NCBI GenBank assembly: GCA_051011515.1
Contig: JBPCTU010000127.1
Coordinates: 1 to 30,629, forward strand
Direction of reading: 5' to 3'
Source: Acidimicrobiales bacterium
Lineage (GTDB): Bacteria; Actinomycetota; Acidimicrobiia; Acidimicrobiales; UBA8592
Length of the DNA: 30,629 bases
Both the position numbers and the translations under genes were made by a program. Positions 8,075-17,094 of this stretch are shown piece by piece. Positions within the stretch are counted from its first letter, which is position 1, and the number at the start of each line of letters is the position of its first letter. Under the pieces are notes generated by a model that saw nothing but the letters and a program-made list of their open reading frames with translations, was not told the DNA's origin and ran no database searches.

Positions 8075-9111
8075 GAGGGGCTGTGTTCGTATGCGTGCAC
8101 GGTCTCAACAACTCGCTCGAGGACTGCTGGGTCGACATCGGGTGTGACGCCATGGCCGAGGTTGAAGACATGGCCCGGGTGTCCAGCGTTCCTGGACAAC
8201 ACGTCGAGCACCTCAGCTTCGACAACCGGCCATGGTGCTCCCAGAATGGCCGGATCAAGGTTCCCTTGAAGGGCCCGGTTCGGCCCCACACGTTGCCGGG
8301 CAACGTCGAGCGGGACTCGCCAGTCGACGCCCACGACGTCAACTCCGGCCTTGCTCATGAGGTCGAGGATCTCGCCGGTGTTGACACCGAAGTGGATGAG
8401 CGGCACATCGAAGGCCCGCAACGAGTCGAACATGTGCTCGGTCCAGGGCAACACGTACCGTTCGTATTGCATCGGGCTCAGTGCGCCGGCCCACGAATCG
8501 AAGACCTGTAGTGCACTCGCGCCTGCTCCCACCTGAGAGAGAAGTGATGCGGTCGCGATGTCGGTGAGTCGCTCCATCAGCATCGACCAGAGTGCAGGGT
8601 CACCCGCCATCATGGCCTTGGTCTTGTGATACGTACGCGAGGGCCCGCCCTCGATCAGATAGCTGGCGACCGTGAACGGTGCGCCCGCGAAGCCGATCAG
8701 AGGCACGTCGAGTTCTGCGACGAGATTCCGGACTGTTTCAAGCACGTACGGCGTGTCCACGGCCGGGTCTAGCGGGGGCAATCTGTCCAGGTCTGCGGCC
8801 GACCGAAACGGTCGGTCGGTGACGGGTCCGATGCCGGGCTGAATATCGATGCCGAACCCGACTGCATGAACTGGCACGACGATGTCCGAGTAGAGAATCG
8901 CGGCGTCGACCCCGTAACGGCGTACCGGTTGCCGCGTGATCTCGGTGGCCAGGTCGGGGACCTTGATTGCGTCGAGGATCGAGCCTTCGCCGCGGATGGA
9001 CCGGTACTCGGGTAGGGACCGCCCTGCCTGGCGCATGAACCAGACCGGAACACGGTCGTGGGGTTCACAACGACACGCTCGGACGAAGGCGCTTGTCTCG
9101 TGAGTGTTCAC
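8071..9111 (-). CDS. hemE: Uroporphyrinogen decarboxylase
   Basis: PVWFMRQAGRSLPEYR, ILYSDIV, GFAGAPFTVASY, FDSWAG, LQGNLDP, FNLGHG. Confidence 0.97.
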   Translation of the reverse strand: MNTHETSAFVRACRCEPHDRVPVWFMRQAGRSLPEYRSIRGEGSILDAIKVPDLATEITRQPVRRYGVDAAILYSDIVVPVHAVGFGIDIQPGIGPVTDRPFRSAADLDRLPPLDPAVDTPYVLETVRNLVAELDVPLIGFAGAPFTVASYLIEGGPSRTYHKTKAMMAGDPALWSMLMERLTDIATASLLSQVGAGASALQVFDSWAGALSPMQYERYVLPWTEHMFDSLRAFDVPLIHFGVNTGEILDLMSKAGVDVVGVDWRVPLDVARQRVGPNRALQGNLDPAILGAPWPVVEAEVLDVLSRNAGHPGHVFNLGHGVTPDVDPAVLERVVETVHAYEHSPS

Positions 9112-9207
9112 TCTCTCACGCTATCCAGTCGCCGAAGGAGGGAAGCTCGATGGTCCCCTGACCTGGATGTTCACCGAATGTTGGTCCTATACGTGAAGCA
9201 CATAAAC

Positions 9208-11370
9208 GTGGCGCCGATAGAGTTATTCGCTACCCAATTCCGGGTAACGAAGAAGTCTTGCGGGTTTCGAGGAGCAATCATCCACCCTGAATTCGAGGCC
9301 GAACAGGAATACATCAAGTCAGCACACCAGACTTTGGAGCTGTCTCAGGAGAAGGCCAAGAAGCTTCACAGCATGGTCGAATCGGGACGTGGTGGAACAC
9401 ACCAGGCCCGCTTCGAGCGAGATGTGATCCAAGACCAGGTGAACAGTCGCGTCGCGCAACTCGACATTGGCGACGCATCGCTCGTGTTCGGAAGGCTGGA
9501 TTTGGCCGACGACCGGGCCGGCGAGACGTTCTATATCGGTCGGGTCGCAGTTTGGGACGACACTCAAGAACCAATCACGGTCGACTGGCGTGCGCCGGTC
9601 GCCGAGCCGTTCTACCGAGCGACGGGCCGAGTACCCATGGGACTCGCTCGCCGGCGCCATTTCGCGACCCGCGGCCGAAGCCTCCTGGGGGTCGAGGACG
9701 AATACTTCGGCGACGGTCTCGAGGCGAACGGAACCGAGGCGAGCGATCTGCGAGGCGCCCAGACACTCGCGATCACCATGGACCAAGCGCGGACGGGCCG
9801 GTTGGGCGACATCGTGGCCACGATCCAGGCAGAACAGGACCAGATCATTCGGTCCGAACTCTCCGGATTGTTGGTGGTACAGGGTGGGCCCGGCACTGGC
9901 AAGACGGTCGTTGCACTTCACCGCGCCGCATACCTGTTGTACACGCACCGGTTCCCGCTGGACGGCCAAGGCGTGCTGGTGATCGGTCCGAACAGACTGT
10001 TCCTCACCTATATCGAGCAGGTGCTGCCGTCCTTGGGGGAGGCCGGAGTCCAACTCGCGGTCCTGAGCGATCTGGTTCCCCGCGTTCGCGTGCGCGACTT
10101 CGACAACGAGGATGTTGCCAGAGTCAAAGGCGATCCGGCAATGTCCCACGTGTTGCGGGCGGCTGTCCGCGACCGTGAACGCGCGCTCAGAGAAGATCTG
10201 GTCGTCGGTTACGGGCTACAACGTCTGCGCGTAACGATTGCGGAGAGCAGCGCCATCGTTGCCGAGGCCCGGCGGCGGTTCAACAAACACAACGCGGCGC
10301 GCCGGTTCGTCCGGGAGCAGCTCTTCGAGGTACTGGCCGACAGCGCAAGAGACGATGTTGCGCCCCATGAGGTCGAGGCGAGGCTTGCCGCCGATTTCGA
10401 GCTTCGGAAAGCCCTCGAATGGATGTGGCCGGTGCTCACACCCGAGCACCTGTTGCACGACCTCTACGGCTCTCACGCACTACTGCACAGTGCGAGTCAG
10501 AAACACCTGAGCCGTCGCGAGCGGATGTTCTTGCACCGTCCACGCACGAACCATGTGTCCGAAGTGGTTTGGACCGCCCACGACGTGCCCCTCCTCGACG
10601 AGGCGCGTGCTGTGTTGGGCCCCCGACCGGGCCGCAAGGCCGAAGACGAGTTGCGGACCTATGGACACATCGTCGTCGACGAGGCACAGGACCTCTCGCC
10701 AATGCAGCTCCGGATGCTCAAGCGACGTTCCCTGAACGGGTCAATGACCCTCGTCGGCGACATCGCGCAGGCGACGGGAGCGTGGGCTCACGACAACTGG
10801 GAGAGCGTGCTCCAAGATCTCCCCCAACGGAAACCGCCCCGGTTCGCCGAACTGACCGTCGGGTATCGACTGCCGCAGCCAACCATGGACGTGGCGGCCA
10901 GGGTTCTTCGTGCGGCAGTCCCCGGTTTATCCCCACCCACGGCGGTCCGCCGCGACGGGATACCGCCGAGATTTGTGAGGGCCGACCCACCCGCCCGACT
11001 GGCCGCCACAGTGACGGCGTTGATCGAGCCCGAACTCGAAGAGCTTGGGCCCGGGAACCTCGCCGTCATCTGCCCCAATGCGTTGGTTGGTCAGATGTCC
11101 GAGTCCATGAACGCAGCCGGTATCGACCATGGCCTCATATACGAAGGCGGCCTGGATGGCCGGGTGACGATTGTGCCCGTCGGCTTGGTCAAGGGCCTCG
11201 AACTCGATGCTGCCATCGTCGTGGAGCCGGCGCGGATCGTTGCCGACGAACGGAATGGACTGCGGTCGCTGTACGTCGCTCTTACGCGGGCCACACGAAG
11301 GCTGGTGGTTGTTCACGCGGAGCCGCTTCCTGCTGCGCTGCGTGAGCCCGTCGCTTTGGGAGCCGGCTGA
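9208..11370 (+). CDS. helD: HelD-family RNA polymerase recycling ATPase (SF1 helicase-like)
   Basis: 'LVFGRLD', 'FYIGR', 'DWRAPVAEPFY', 'DIVATIQAEQDQIIR', Walker A GGPGTGKT, 'ALHRAAYLLY', DEAQD, 'LVGDIAQ', 'KGLELD', 'LYVALTRAT'. The true start is uncertain (candidates 9181, 9193, 9208, or non-canonical ATC 9277/9280); 9058 overlaps hemE and is unlikely. Confidence 0.88.
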   Translation: MAPIELFATQFRVTKKSCGFRGAIIHPEFEAEQEYIKSAHQTLELSQEKAKKLHSMVESGRGGTHQARFERDVIQDQVNSRVAQLDIGDASLVFGRLDLADDRAGETFYIGRVAVWDDTQEPITVDWRAPVAEPFYRATGRVPMGLARRRHFATRGRSLLGVEDEYFGDGLEANGTEASDLRGAQTLAITMDQARTGRLGDIVATIQAEQDQIIRSELSGLLVVQGGPGTGKTVVALHRAAYLLYTHRFPLDGQGVLVIGPNRLFLTYIEQVLPSLGEAGVQLAVLSDLVPRVRVRDFDNEDVARVKGDPAMSHVLRAAVRDRERALREDLVVGYGLQRLRVTIAESSAIVAEARRRFNKHNAARRFVREQLFEVLADSARDDVAPHEVEARLAADFELRKALEWMWPVLTPEHLLHDLYGSHALLHSASQKHLSRRERMFLHRPRTNHVSEVVWTAHDVPLLDEARAVLGPRPGRKAEDELRTYGHIVVDEAQDLSPMQLRMLKRRSLNGSMTLVGDIAQATGAWAHDNWESVLQDLPQRKPPRFAELTVGYRLPQPTMDVAARVLRAAVPGLSPPTAVRRDGIPPRFVRADPPARLAATVTALIEPELEELGPGNLAVICPNALVGQMSESMNAAGIDHGLIYEGGLDGRVTIVPVGLVKGLELDAAIVVEPARIVADERNGLRSLYVALTRATRRLVVVHAEPLPAALREPVALGAG

Positions 11371-11429
11371 ACCCGAGGGCGAAGGTACTGTCCTGGGTGA
11401 CCCCGGAGGCTTGCCGGTAGGTTGCCAGG

Positions 11430-14400
11430 ATGGCTCTGGATGGGTTCTCGGCGCCGGTGCGCGAGTGGTTCGAGACCACCTTCGACGCACCTACACCCGC
11501 CCAGGCCGAAGCCTGGCCGGCCATCGCTGGAGGCGCCAATACGCTCGTTCTCGCGCCCACGGGTTCGGGCAAGACGCTCGCCGCATTCTTGTGGGCCATT
11601 GACCGATTGGTGGCTTCCCCTCCTCCTGAGGACGATAAGCGCCGCACCAGGGTTCTCTACATTTCTCCGCTGCGGGCGTTGGCAGTCGACGTCGAGAAGA
11701 ACCTTCAATCGCCTCTTCGTGGAATCGAGCTCGCCGCCGAACGTCTGGGTGATCGGGTGCATCCGGTGCGAGTGGCGATGCGGACCGGTGACACGCCCGC
11801 CGACGAACGGCGGCGTTTGATACGGCACCCACCGGACGTGTTGATCACGACACCCGAGTCTTTGTACCTCATGCTCACGTCCAAGGCGCGAGAGACCCTG
11901 ACTTCGGTGGAGTACGTCATCATCGACGAGATTCACTCGATGGCCGCCACCAAACGTGGGGCCCACCTATCGGTCACGTTGGAACGGCTGGAAGAGTTGA
12001 TAGATGGATCCCCGCAACGGATCGGTCTGTCTGCCACCCAGCGTCCCCTCGATGAGATAGCGCGGTTTCTCGCCGGTTACGAGGGCGGCGCACAACGGCC
12101 AGTCACCGTCGTCGACAAGGGCTCAGCCAAGACGCTCGACATAGAGGTTGTTGTTCCCGTCGAAGACATGGGAGCCCTGGGCGAGGCCGAGCGAGATGAA
12201 ACGGCGGGACCGCAGCTGGCAGCGCCGGACCGCCGGTCAATCTGGCCGTCGATTCATCCACGGTTGTTGGATCTGATCAAGAGCCACAATTCGACACTCG
12301 TCTTCGTGAACTCTCGGAGGTTGGCGGAACGTTTGGCAACACGTCTCAACGAACTCGAGGCCGAGCAGCTCGAGGCCGCCCGGATCGAGGCGATGTCGCC
12401 TGATGAGCGGGCGGTCGTGCACGCTGAAGGAAACCTGGAGGTATCCGAATCGGTCGACCTGGTCCGCGCCCACCATGGCTCTCTGTCTCGAGTCAAACGG
12501 CTGGAGATCGAGGATCGCCTGAAGGGTGGAGACCTCCGCGGTCTTGTTTGCACGAGTTCACTGGAGCTTGGTATCGACATGGGTGCTGTCGACCTCGTCG
12601 TTCAGGTCGAATCACCTCGCTCTGTCTCCAGTGGAATGCAGAGGATCGGTCGAGCCGGTCATCAGGTCGGCGCAGCCTCGGTCGGGAAGATCTTCCCCAA
12701 ACACCGCAGCGACCTGGTCGAAGCCACGGTCGTCGCCAAACAGATGCAAGCCGGGAGGATCGAACAAACCCGCTATCCGAGGAACCCGCTCGATGTCCTG
12801 GCGCAACAAATCGTCGCGATGTGTGCCTTGGATGAATGGCAGGTGGATGATCTGAAATCCGTGGTCACCCGAAGCGCCAACTTTGCCGAGCTCTCTGACG
12901 AGGTATTCGACAACGTGCTCGATCTGCTTTCGGGCCGTTATCCATCCGAGGCCTTCTCCGAGCTGAGACCCCGTGTTGTATGGGATCGGATACAAGGTGT
13001 CGTTCGTGGTAGGGCTGGAGCCCAACGTCTGGCGGTTACCAGCGGGGGGACCATTCCCGACCGTGGACTGTTCGGCGTCTTCCTGCCCGATGGGACTCGC
13101 GTCGGAGAGCTCGACGAGGAGATGGTCTACGAGAGCCGGCCGGGTGAGACGTTCCTTCTGGGGGCCAGCACATGGCGTATTCAGGAGATCACATTCGAAC
13201 GTGTCATCGTCACGCCCGCCCCCGGCGAACCGGGGCGTATGCCCTTCTGGCATGGGGACGGGCCTGGTCGGCCATTCGAGCTCGGAGCGGCGGTCGGCGA
13301 GTTCCTCAGGACAACCCGTGGCTCTGGCGCGCTGGACGTCCTCGTCGACGAGCACGGCCTCGACCGACTCGCCGCTGAGAATGTCGTCACCTACCTCGAC
13401 GATCAGCTGGAAGCGACCGGAGTCATCCCAGATGACCGGACCATCGTCATCGAACGTTTCCCCGACGAGATCGGCGATTGGCGAATGTGTGTGCTCACAC
13501 CTTTCGGGGCACAGGTCCACGCGCCGTGGGCGATGGCGATCAGGAAGTCCCTGAACGCCGAGCTGGGGCGCGACGTCGAGATCATCTGGTCTGACGACGG
13601 CATCGTCGTTCGGCTTCCCGAGGCCGTAGATCATGTCGACCTCGACATGCTCTTGCCCGATCCCGATGCGATCGATGAGATGGTCGTTGACGAGCTTCCG
13701 AGCACTGCCATGTTCAGCGCGCGATTTCGAGAGTGCGCAGCACGGTCGCTGCTCCTGCCGCGGAGGCGGCCCGACCAGCGCACTCCTCTGTGGCAACAGA
13801 GGCAACGAGCCGCGGATCTACTCGCAGTAGCCGCTGAGTATCCGGACTTCCCAATCCTCCTGGAGACCACTCGCGAGTGCCTCAACGACGTATTTGATCT
13901 GCCGGGCCTTCGATCGCTGTTGAGCCAGGTCAAGCAGCGTTCGGTAAGGGTCGTGCAAGTCGACACACCGAGGGCGTCGCCGTTCGCTCAGTCGCTCCTG
14001 TTCAACTGGATCGCGGTGTACATGTACGAAGGCGACGCCCCGCTTGCCGAGCGTCGCGCCGCTGCCTTGGCGCTCGACCGCGATCTACTGCGCGATCTGC
14101 TCGGCGCCGAAGAGCTACGCGAACTGATCGACCCGGGAGTGTTGGCTGACCTGGAGATGGAGCTCCAGAAGCTCACGCCGGATCGTCCAGCTCGCGACGC
14201 CGATGAGCTCCACGACCTGCTTCGGACGCTCGGGCCGCTCAGTCCCCCTGGGCTCGAGGCGCGCTCCCGGGATGGAGCCGACATTGAAAGTTGGTCCGCT
14301 GACCTGGTCCGGCAGCGACGGGCCATCTGGGTGACGATTGCCGGCGAGAAAAGGCTGGCAGCAGCTGAAGACGCTGCCAGACTCCGAGATGCCTTGGGCG

Positions 14401-15926
14401 TCGCGCTGCCGCCCGGCCTCCCCGGAGCGTTCACCGAAGCCGTGGACGCACCAATCACGGACCTCGTGAGCCGGTATGCCCGCACGCATGGGCCATTTCT
14501 TGCCCGCGACGTCGCTTCGTGGATGGGGGTTCCAACTCAACGCGTCCAACCAGCGCTGGCGGAACTGCACGCGACCGGTGTCATCGCCAACGGCGAGTTC
14601 CGGCCCAACGGGTTCGAACGCGAATGGTGCCACGAAGATGTGCTCCGCCGGCTTCGTCGTCGCTCCCTCGCAGTGCTGCGTCACGAGGTCGAGCCGGTCG
14701 AACCCGAGGCCTATGCCAGGTTCCTGCCGGAATGGCAGGGGATCGGGCGACGACACGGTGGTGTGGATGCACTCGTCGAGGCGCTCGTCGTGCTCGACGG
14801 CGTGCCGTTGGTGGCATCCACACTCGAGACCGACGTTCTCCCAGTAAGGGTCAACGACTACAGATCGGGGCTCTTGGACGAGCTGTGCACCTCGGGCGAG
14901 TTGGTCTGGGTGGGATCCGGTGCTCTCGGAGCCCGGGACGGTCGGGTTCGGCTCCTCTTCCGAGATCACCTCTCCCTCCTGCCCGCGCCGAACGAAGAGT
15001 TGCCGGCGGATCCATTACACGAAGCGATTCTCGATCATCTACAAGAGGTTGGCGCTTCGTTCTGGCCGGAGATCCTTCTCGCGGTCACGAAGCAGTCCGG
15101 TTCCAGAGAAGAGAAGGCCACCCTCGAAGCGTTGTGGGATCTGGTTTGGGCCGGGGCGGTGACCAATGACTCGTTGGCCGCCTTGCGCTCCAGGGTTGGG
15201 TCCAACCGATCTCGGCCGAAGTCGGGTCGCAATAGACCACGGCCGGGTCAAGTCCGTCGTATCGGTCCGCCCGATGGGGCCGGTCGGTGGTCACTGGTGT
15301 CGAAGTTGACCGATGGGCCCATCGATGCCACCACGTTCACCCATTCAACGGCACTCCAATTGCTGGAGCGCCAAGGCATCGTCACCAGGGAAGGTGTGCT
15401 GGCCGAGGGCCACGTCGGAGGCTTCGCTGCCGTATACCCGGTTCTCAAGGCTCTCGAGGAGCAAGGCAAGGTCCGGCGCGGGTACTTCGTGGCTGGGCTC
15501 GGTGCCGCCCAGTTTGCGCTCGCCGGAGCCGTTGATCGCCTGCGAGACGGTCGCGAGGCGACTGGCGACAGCGCCGCCATCCTGCTTGCTGCAACCGACC
15601 CGGCTCAGCCCTTCGGCGCAGCCTTGGGCTGGCCCGATTCCAGAGGCCACCCGGCCCGCCAGGCTGGAGCGCACCTGTTGTTGGCTGACGGTATGCCATT
15701 GGTTTACATAGAACGTGGGGGTAAGTCGCTGGCCACGTTCGGCTCTTCGGCGGCCACATGGGCTCCTGCTTTGGCCGACGCCGTCGACGGTGGCGCCTTG
15801 GGTGACCTCGAGATCGGGTCCATCGATGGTGACCCGGTTGGCGAGGCACCGGGCCGCGATGAGCTCATCGCGGCGGGCTTCACGCGCGGCTACAAGGGCC
15901 TGGTACGCCGACGGAAGCGTCGCTGA
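11430..15926 (+). CDS. lhr: Long-form Lhr DEAH-box helicase with extended C-terminal winged-helix region
   Basis: APTGSGKT, ISPLRAL, TTPESL, DEIH, GLSATQRP, HHGS, SSLELGID, QRIGRAGH; 1498 aa, similar in length to actinobacterial Lhr. Confidence 0.95.
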   Translation: MALDGFSAPVREWFETTFDAPTPAQAEAWPAIAGGANTLVLAPTGSGKTLAAFLWAIDRLVASPPPEDDKRRTRVLYISPLRALAVDVEKNLQSPLRGIELAAERLGDRVHPVRVAMRTGDTPADERRRLIRHPPDVLITTPESLYLMLTSKARETLTSVEYVIIDEIHSMAATKRGAHLSVTLERLEELIDGSPQRIGLSATQRPLDEIARFLAGYEGGAQRPVTVVDKGSAKTLDIEVVVPVEDMGALGEAERDETAGPQLAAPDRRSIWPSIHPRLLDLIKSHNSTLVFVNSRRLAERLATRLNELEAEQLEAARIEAMSPDERAVVHAEGNLEVSESVDLVRAHHGSLSRVKRLEIEDRLKGGDLRGLVCTSSLELGIDMGAVDLVVQVESPRSVSSGMQRIGRAGHQVGAASVGKIFPKHRSDLVEATVVAKQMQAGRIEQTRYPRNPLDVLAQQIVAMCALDEWQVDDLKSVVTRSANFAELSDEVFDNVLDLLSGRYPSEAFSELRPRVVWDRIQGVVRGRAGAQRLAVTSGGTIPDRGLFGVFLPDGTRVGELDEEMVYESRPGETFLLGASTWRIQEITFERVIVTPAPGEPGRMPFWHGDGPGRPFELGAAVGEFLRTTRGSGALDVLVDEHGLDRLAAENVVTYLDDQLEATGVIPDDRTIVIERFPDEIGDWRMCVLTPFGAQVHAPWAMAIRKSLNAELGRDVEIIWSDDGIVVRLPEAVDHVDLDMLLPDPDAIDEMVVDELPSTAMFSARFRECAARSLLLPRRRPDQRTPLWQQRQRAADLLAVAAEYPDFPILLETTRECLNDVFDLPGLRSLLSQVKQRSVRVVQVDTPRASPFAQSLLFNWIAVYMYEGDAPLAERRAAALALDRDLLRDLLGAEELRELIDPGVLADLEMELQKLTPDRPARDADELHDLLRTLGPLSPPGLEARSRDGADIESWSADLVRQRRAIWVTIAGEKRLAAAEDAARLRDALGVALPPGLPGAFTEAVDAPITDLVSRYARTHGPFLARDVASWMGVPTQRVQPALAELHATGVIANGEFRPNGFEREWCHEDVLRRLRRRSLAVLRHEVEPVEPEAYARFLPEWQGIGRRHGGVDALVEALVVLDGVPLVASTLETDVLPVRVNDYRSGLLDELCTSGELVWVGSGALGARDGRVRLLFRDHLSLLPAPNEELPADPLHEAILDHLQEVGASFWPEILLAVTKQSGSREEKATLEALWDLVWAGAVTNDSLAALRSRVGSNRSRPKSGRNRPRPGQVRRIGPPDGAGRWSLVSKLTDGPIDATTFTHSTALQLLERQGIVTREGVLAEGHVGGFAAVYPVLKALEEQGKVRRGYFVAGLGAAQFALAGAVDRLRDGREATGDSAAILLAATDPAQPFGAALGWPDSRGHPARQAGAHLLLADGMPLVYIERGGKSLATFGSSAATWAPALADAVDGGALGDLEIGSIDGDPVGEAPGRDELIAAGFTRGYKGLVRRRKRR

Positions 15927-15997
15927 CCCCGTCCGCTGTCGCCGGATCTTGAACATCCCAGCTCAGGGCGCCTATCAGACCACTCCTGGACGCCTTG

Positions 15998-16015
15998 CCG
16001 GGGGGTTTCTCCCGG
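15998..16015 (+). terminator. Possible terminator-like hairpin downstream of lhr
   Basis: CCGGGGG-GTTT-CTCCCGG, 7-bp stem with one G-U pair, about 70 nt after the lhr stop; no clear U-tract. Confidence 0.3.
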
Positions 16016-16325
16016 ATTCACCCAGGATTGCTTGAGTCGTTGGACCCGTTTCGGAAAAGCCCCTCAAGTCAATCTCAGGACCTCCGATTGCCTACTAGCG
16101 CCGGGGAGTCCTCGGTGTTTGACAACCAAGGGTCCAGCCCCGTTGAGAGAGTTCGCAACGAGGTGGGTTTCCTGCCAATCCGCCCCGGTGTGTGACGGTA
16201 AGTCGCCAGCCGTGCGGGGGCCGGGAGCTCGATAGGGCTTCCGAGCCGACCAAAGCGGCTGTTGAAGACGTGGCTGGTCCCGAAGAAATGCAATCCGACA
16301 CACACTGAGAAGGGGCTTACCCAAA

Positions 16326-16523
16326 ATGAACACCGTGCTGAACGCATATGTCCGTATGACCACTGCTATTGCTGCTGTCCGTGAGGAAGAGCGTGGCGCC
16401 ACCGCTGTTGAATATGGCCTGATCGTTGCTTTGATCGCCGCCATCATCATCGGCATCGTTGCCACACTCGGCGAGAAGGTCAGCGACAACTTCCAGAAGG
16501 TCAGCGACAACCTCCCGTCCTGA
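16326..16523 (+). CDS. flp: Flp-family type IVb pilin 1
   Basis: EERG|ATAVEYGLIVALIA: Gly at -1, Glu at +5, Tyr at +6, then a hydrophobic helix; 65 aa. Confidence 0.95.
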   Translation: MNTVLNAYVRMTTAIAAVREEERGATAVEYGLIVALIAAIIIGIVATLGEKVSDNFQKVSDNLPS

Positions 16524-16555
16524 TTCCCAGGATCTGAGGTTGAGGAACTCGTGTG

Positions 16556-16587
16556 ACGGGTCGGGTCGCTCCGGCGGCCCGACCCGT
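16556..16587 (+). terminator. 14-bp hairpin between the two pilin genes
   Basis: ACGGGTCGGGTCGC-TCCG-GCGGCCCGACCCGT (one G-U pair); no U-tract. Confidence 0.55.
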
Positions 16588-16677
16588 GCGCGTGAGCCAG
16601 ATCTTCACTATCACCTCGACACGGGCCACTGCTCGTGTTGGAGAACCCTCCACAAGTTCTGCGGCGAGGGAGGCAGC

Positions 16678-16860
16678 ATGAACGAGTATCTTCGAAGCAC
16701 ACCCCAACTGCATGCGACCCGAGGCGCAACCGCCGTCGAGTACGCACTGATCATCGCCCTCATAGCGGCAGTGATCATCGTCGCAGTTGGCACTCTCGGA
16801 ACCAAGACCGAGGGGTTGTACAACAACACCAATACTGAGCTCACCAACCACGGAGCCTGA
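16678..16860 (+). CDS. flp: Flp-family type IVb pilin 2
   Basis: GGGAGG RBS before ATG 16678; TRG|ATAVEYALIIALIAAVII; 60 aa. The ORF-track start at 16459 is a spurious extension. Confidence 0.92.
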   Translation: MNEYLRSTPQLHATRGATAVEYALIIALIAAVIIVAVGTLGTKTEGLYNNTNTELTNHGA

Positions 16861-16932
16861 GCTCACAAGACACTCCCGCCCCTGGACTCGCCCGAGTTCG
16901 CTCCAGAGGTCCAGGACTAGTCGAAGACTTGA

Positions 16933-16964
16933 ACGATGACGTGGCCATGAGGCCACGTCATCGT
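16933..16964 (+). terminator. Intrinsic terminator-like hairpin after pilin 2
   Basis: Perfect 14-bp stem ACGATGACGTGGCC-ATGA-GGCCACGTCATCGT followed by CGCGTTTTG. Confidence 0.65.
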
Positions 16965-17094
16965 CGCGTTTTGCGCCCAACGCGCGTATGAAGGCCACGC
17001 TCCGTCGTCTGCTTGCGCAGAATCCACAACAACTCAACTCCAGGGGCTGAGTGCCGATTGTCCGCATGATGTCGTGCGGGACCGATGAGAGAGA

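Noticed and set aside
9058-9207. Long N-terminal extension of helD given by the ORF track
   Set aside because: It overlaps the divergent hemE start and covers the likely promoter region; the sequence does not look like HelD.
9112-9277. Rifamycin-associated element (RAE) upstream of helD, which would make it helR
   Set aside because: No 19-bp GC-rich inverted repeat of the RAE type is visible in the hemE-helD intergenic region.
16119-16150. Sigma70 promoter based on a perfect TTGACA
   Set aside because: No TANNNT -10 hexamer at 16-19 bp spacing.
16021-16325. Known c-di-GMP-I/II or c-di-AMP riboswitch before flp
   Set aside because: The diagnostic strings (GGCAAAC...GCAAAGCC; GGGCAC...GUGCAACC; CCGUCAGCUAACC) are not present; kept only as an unnamed structured region.
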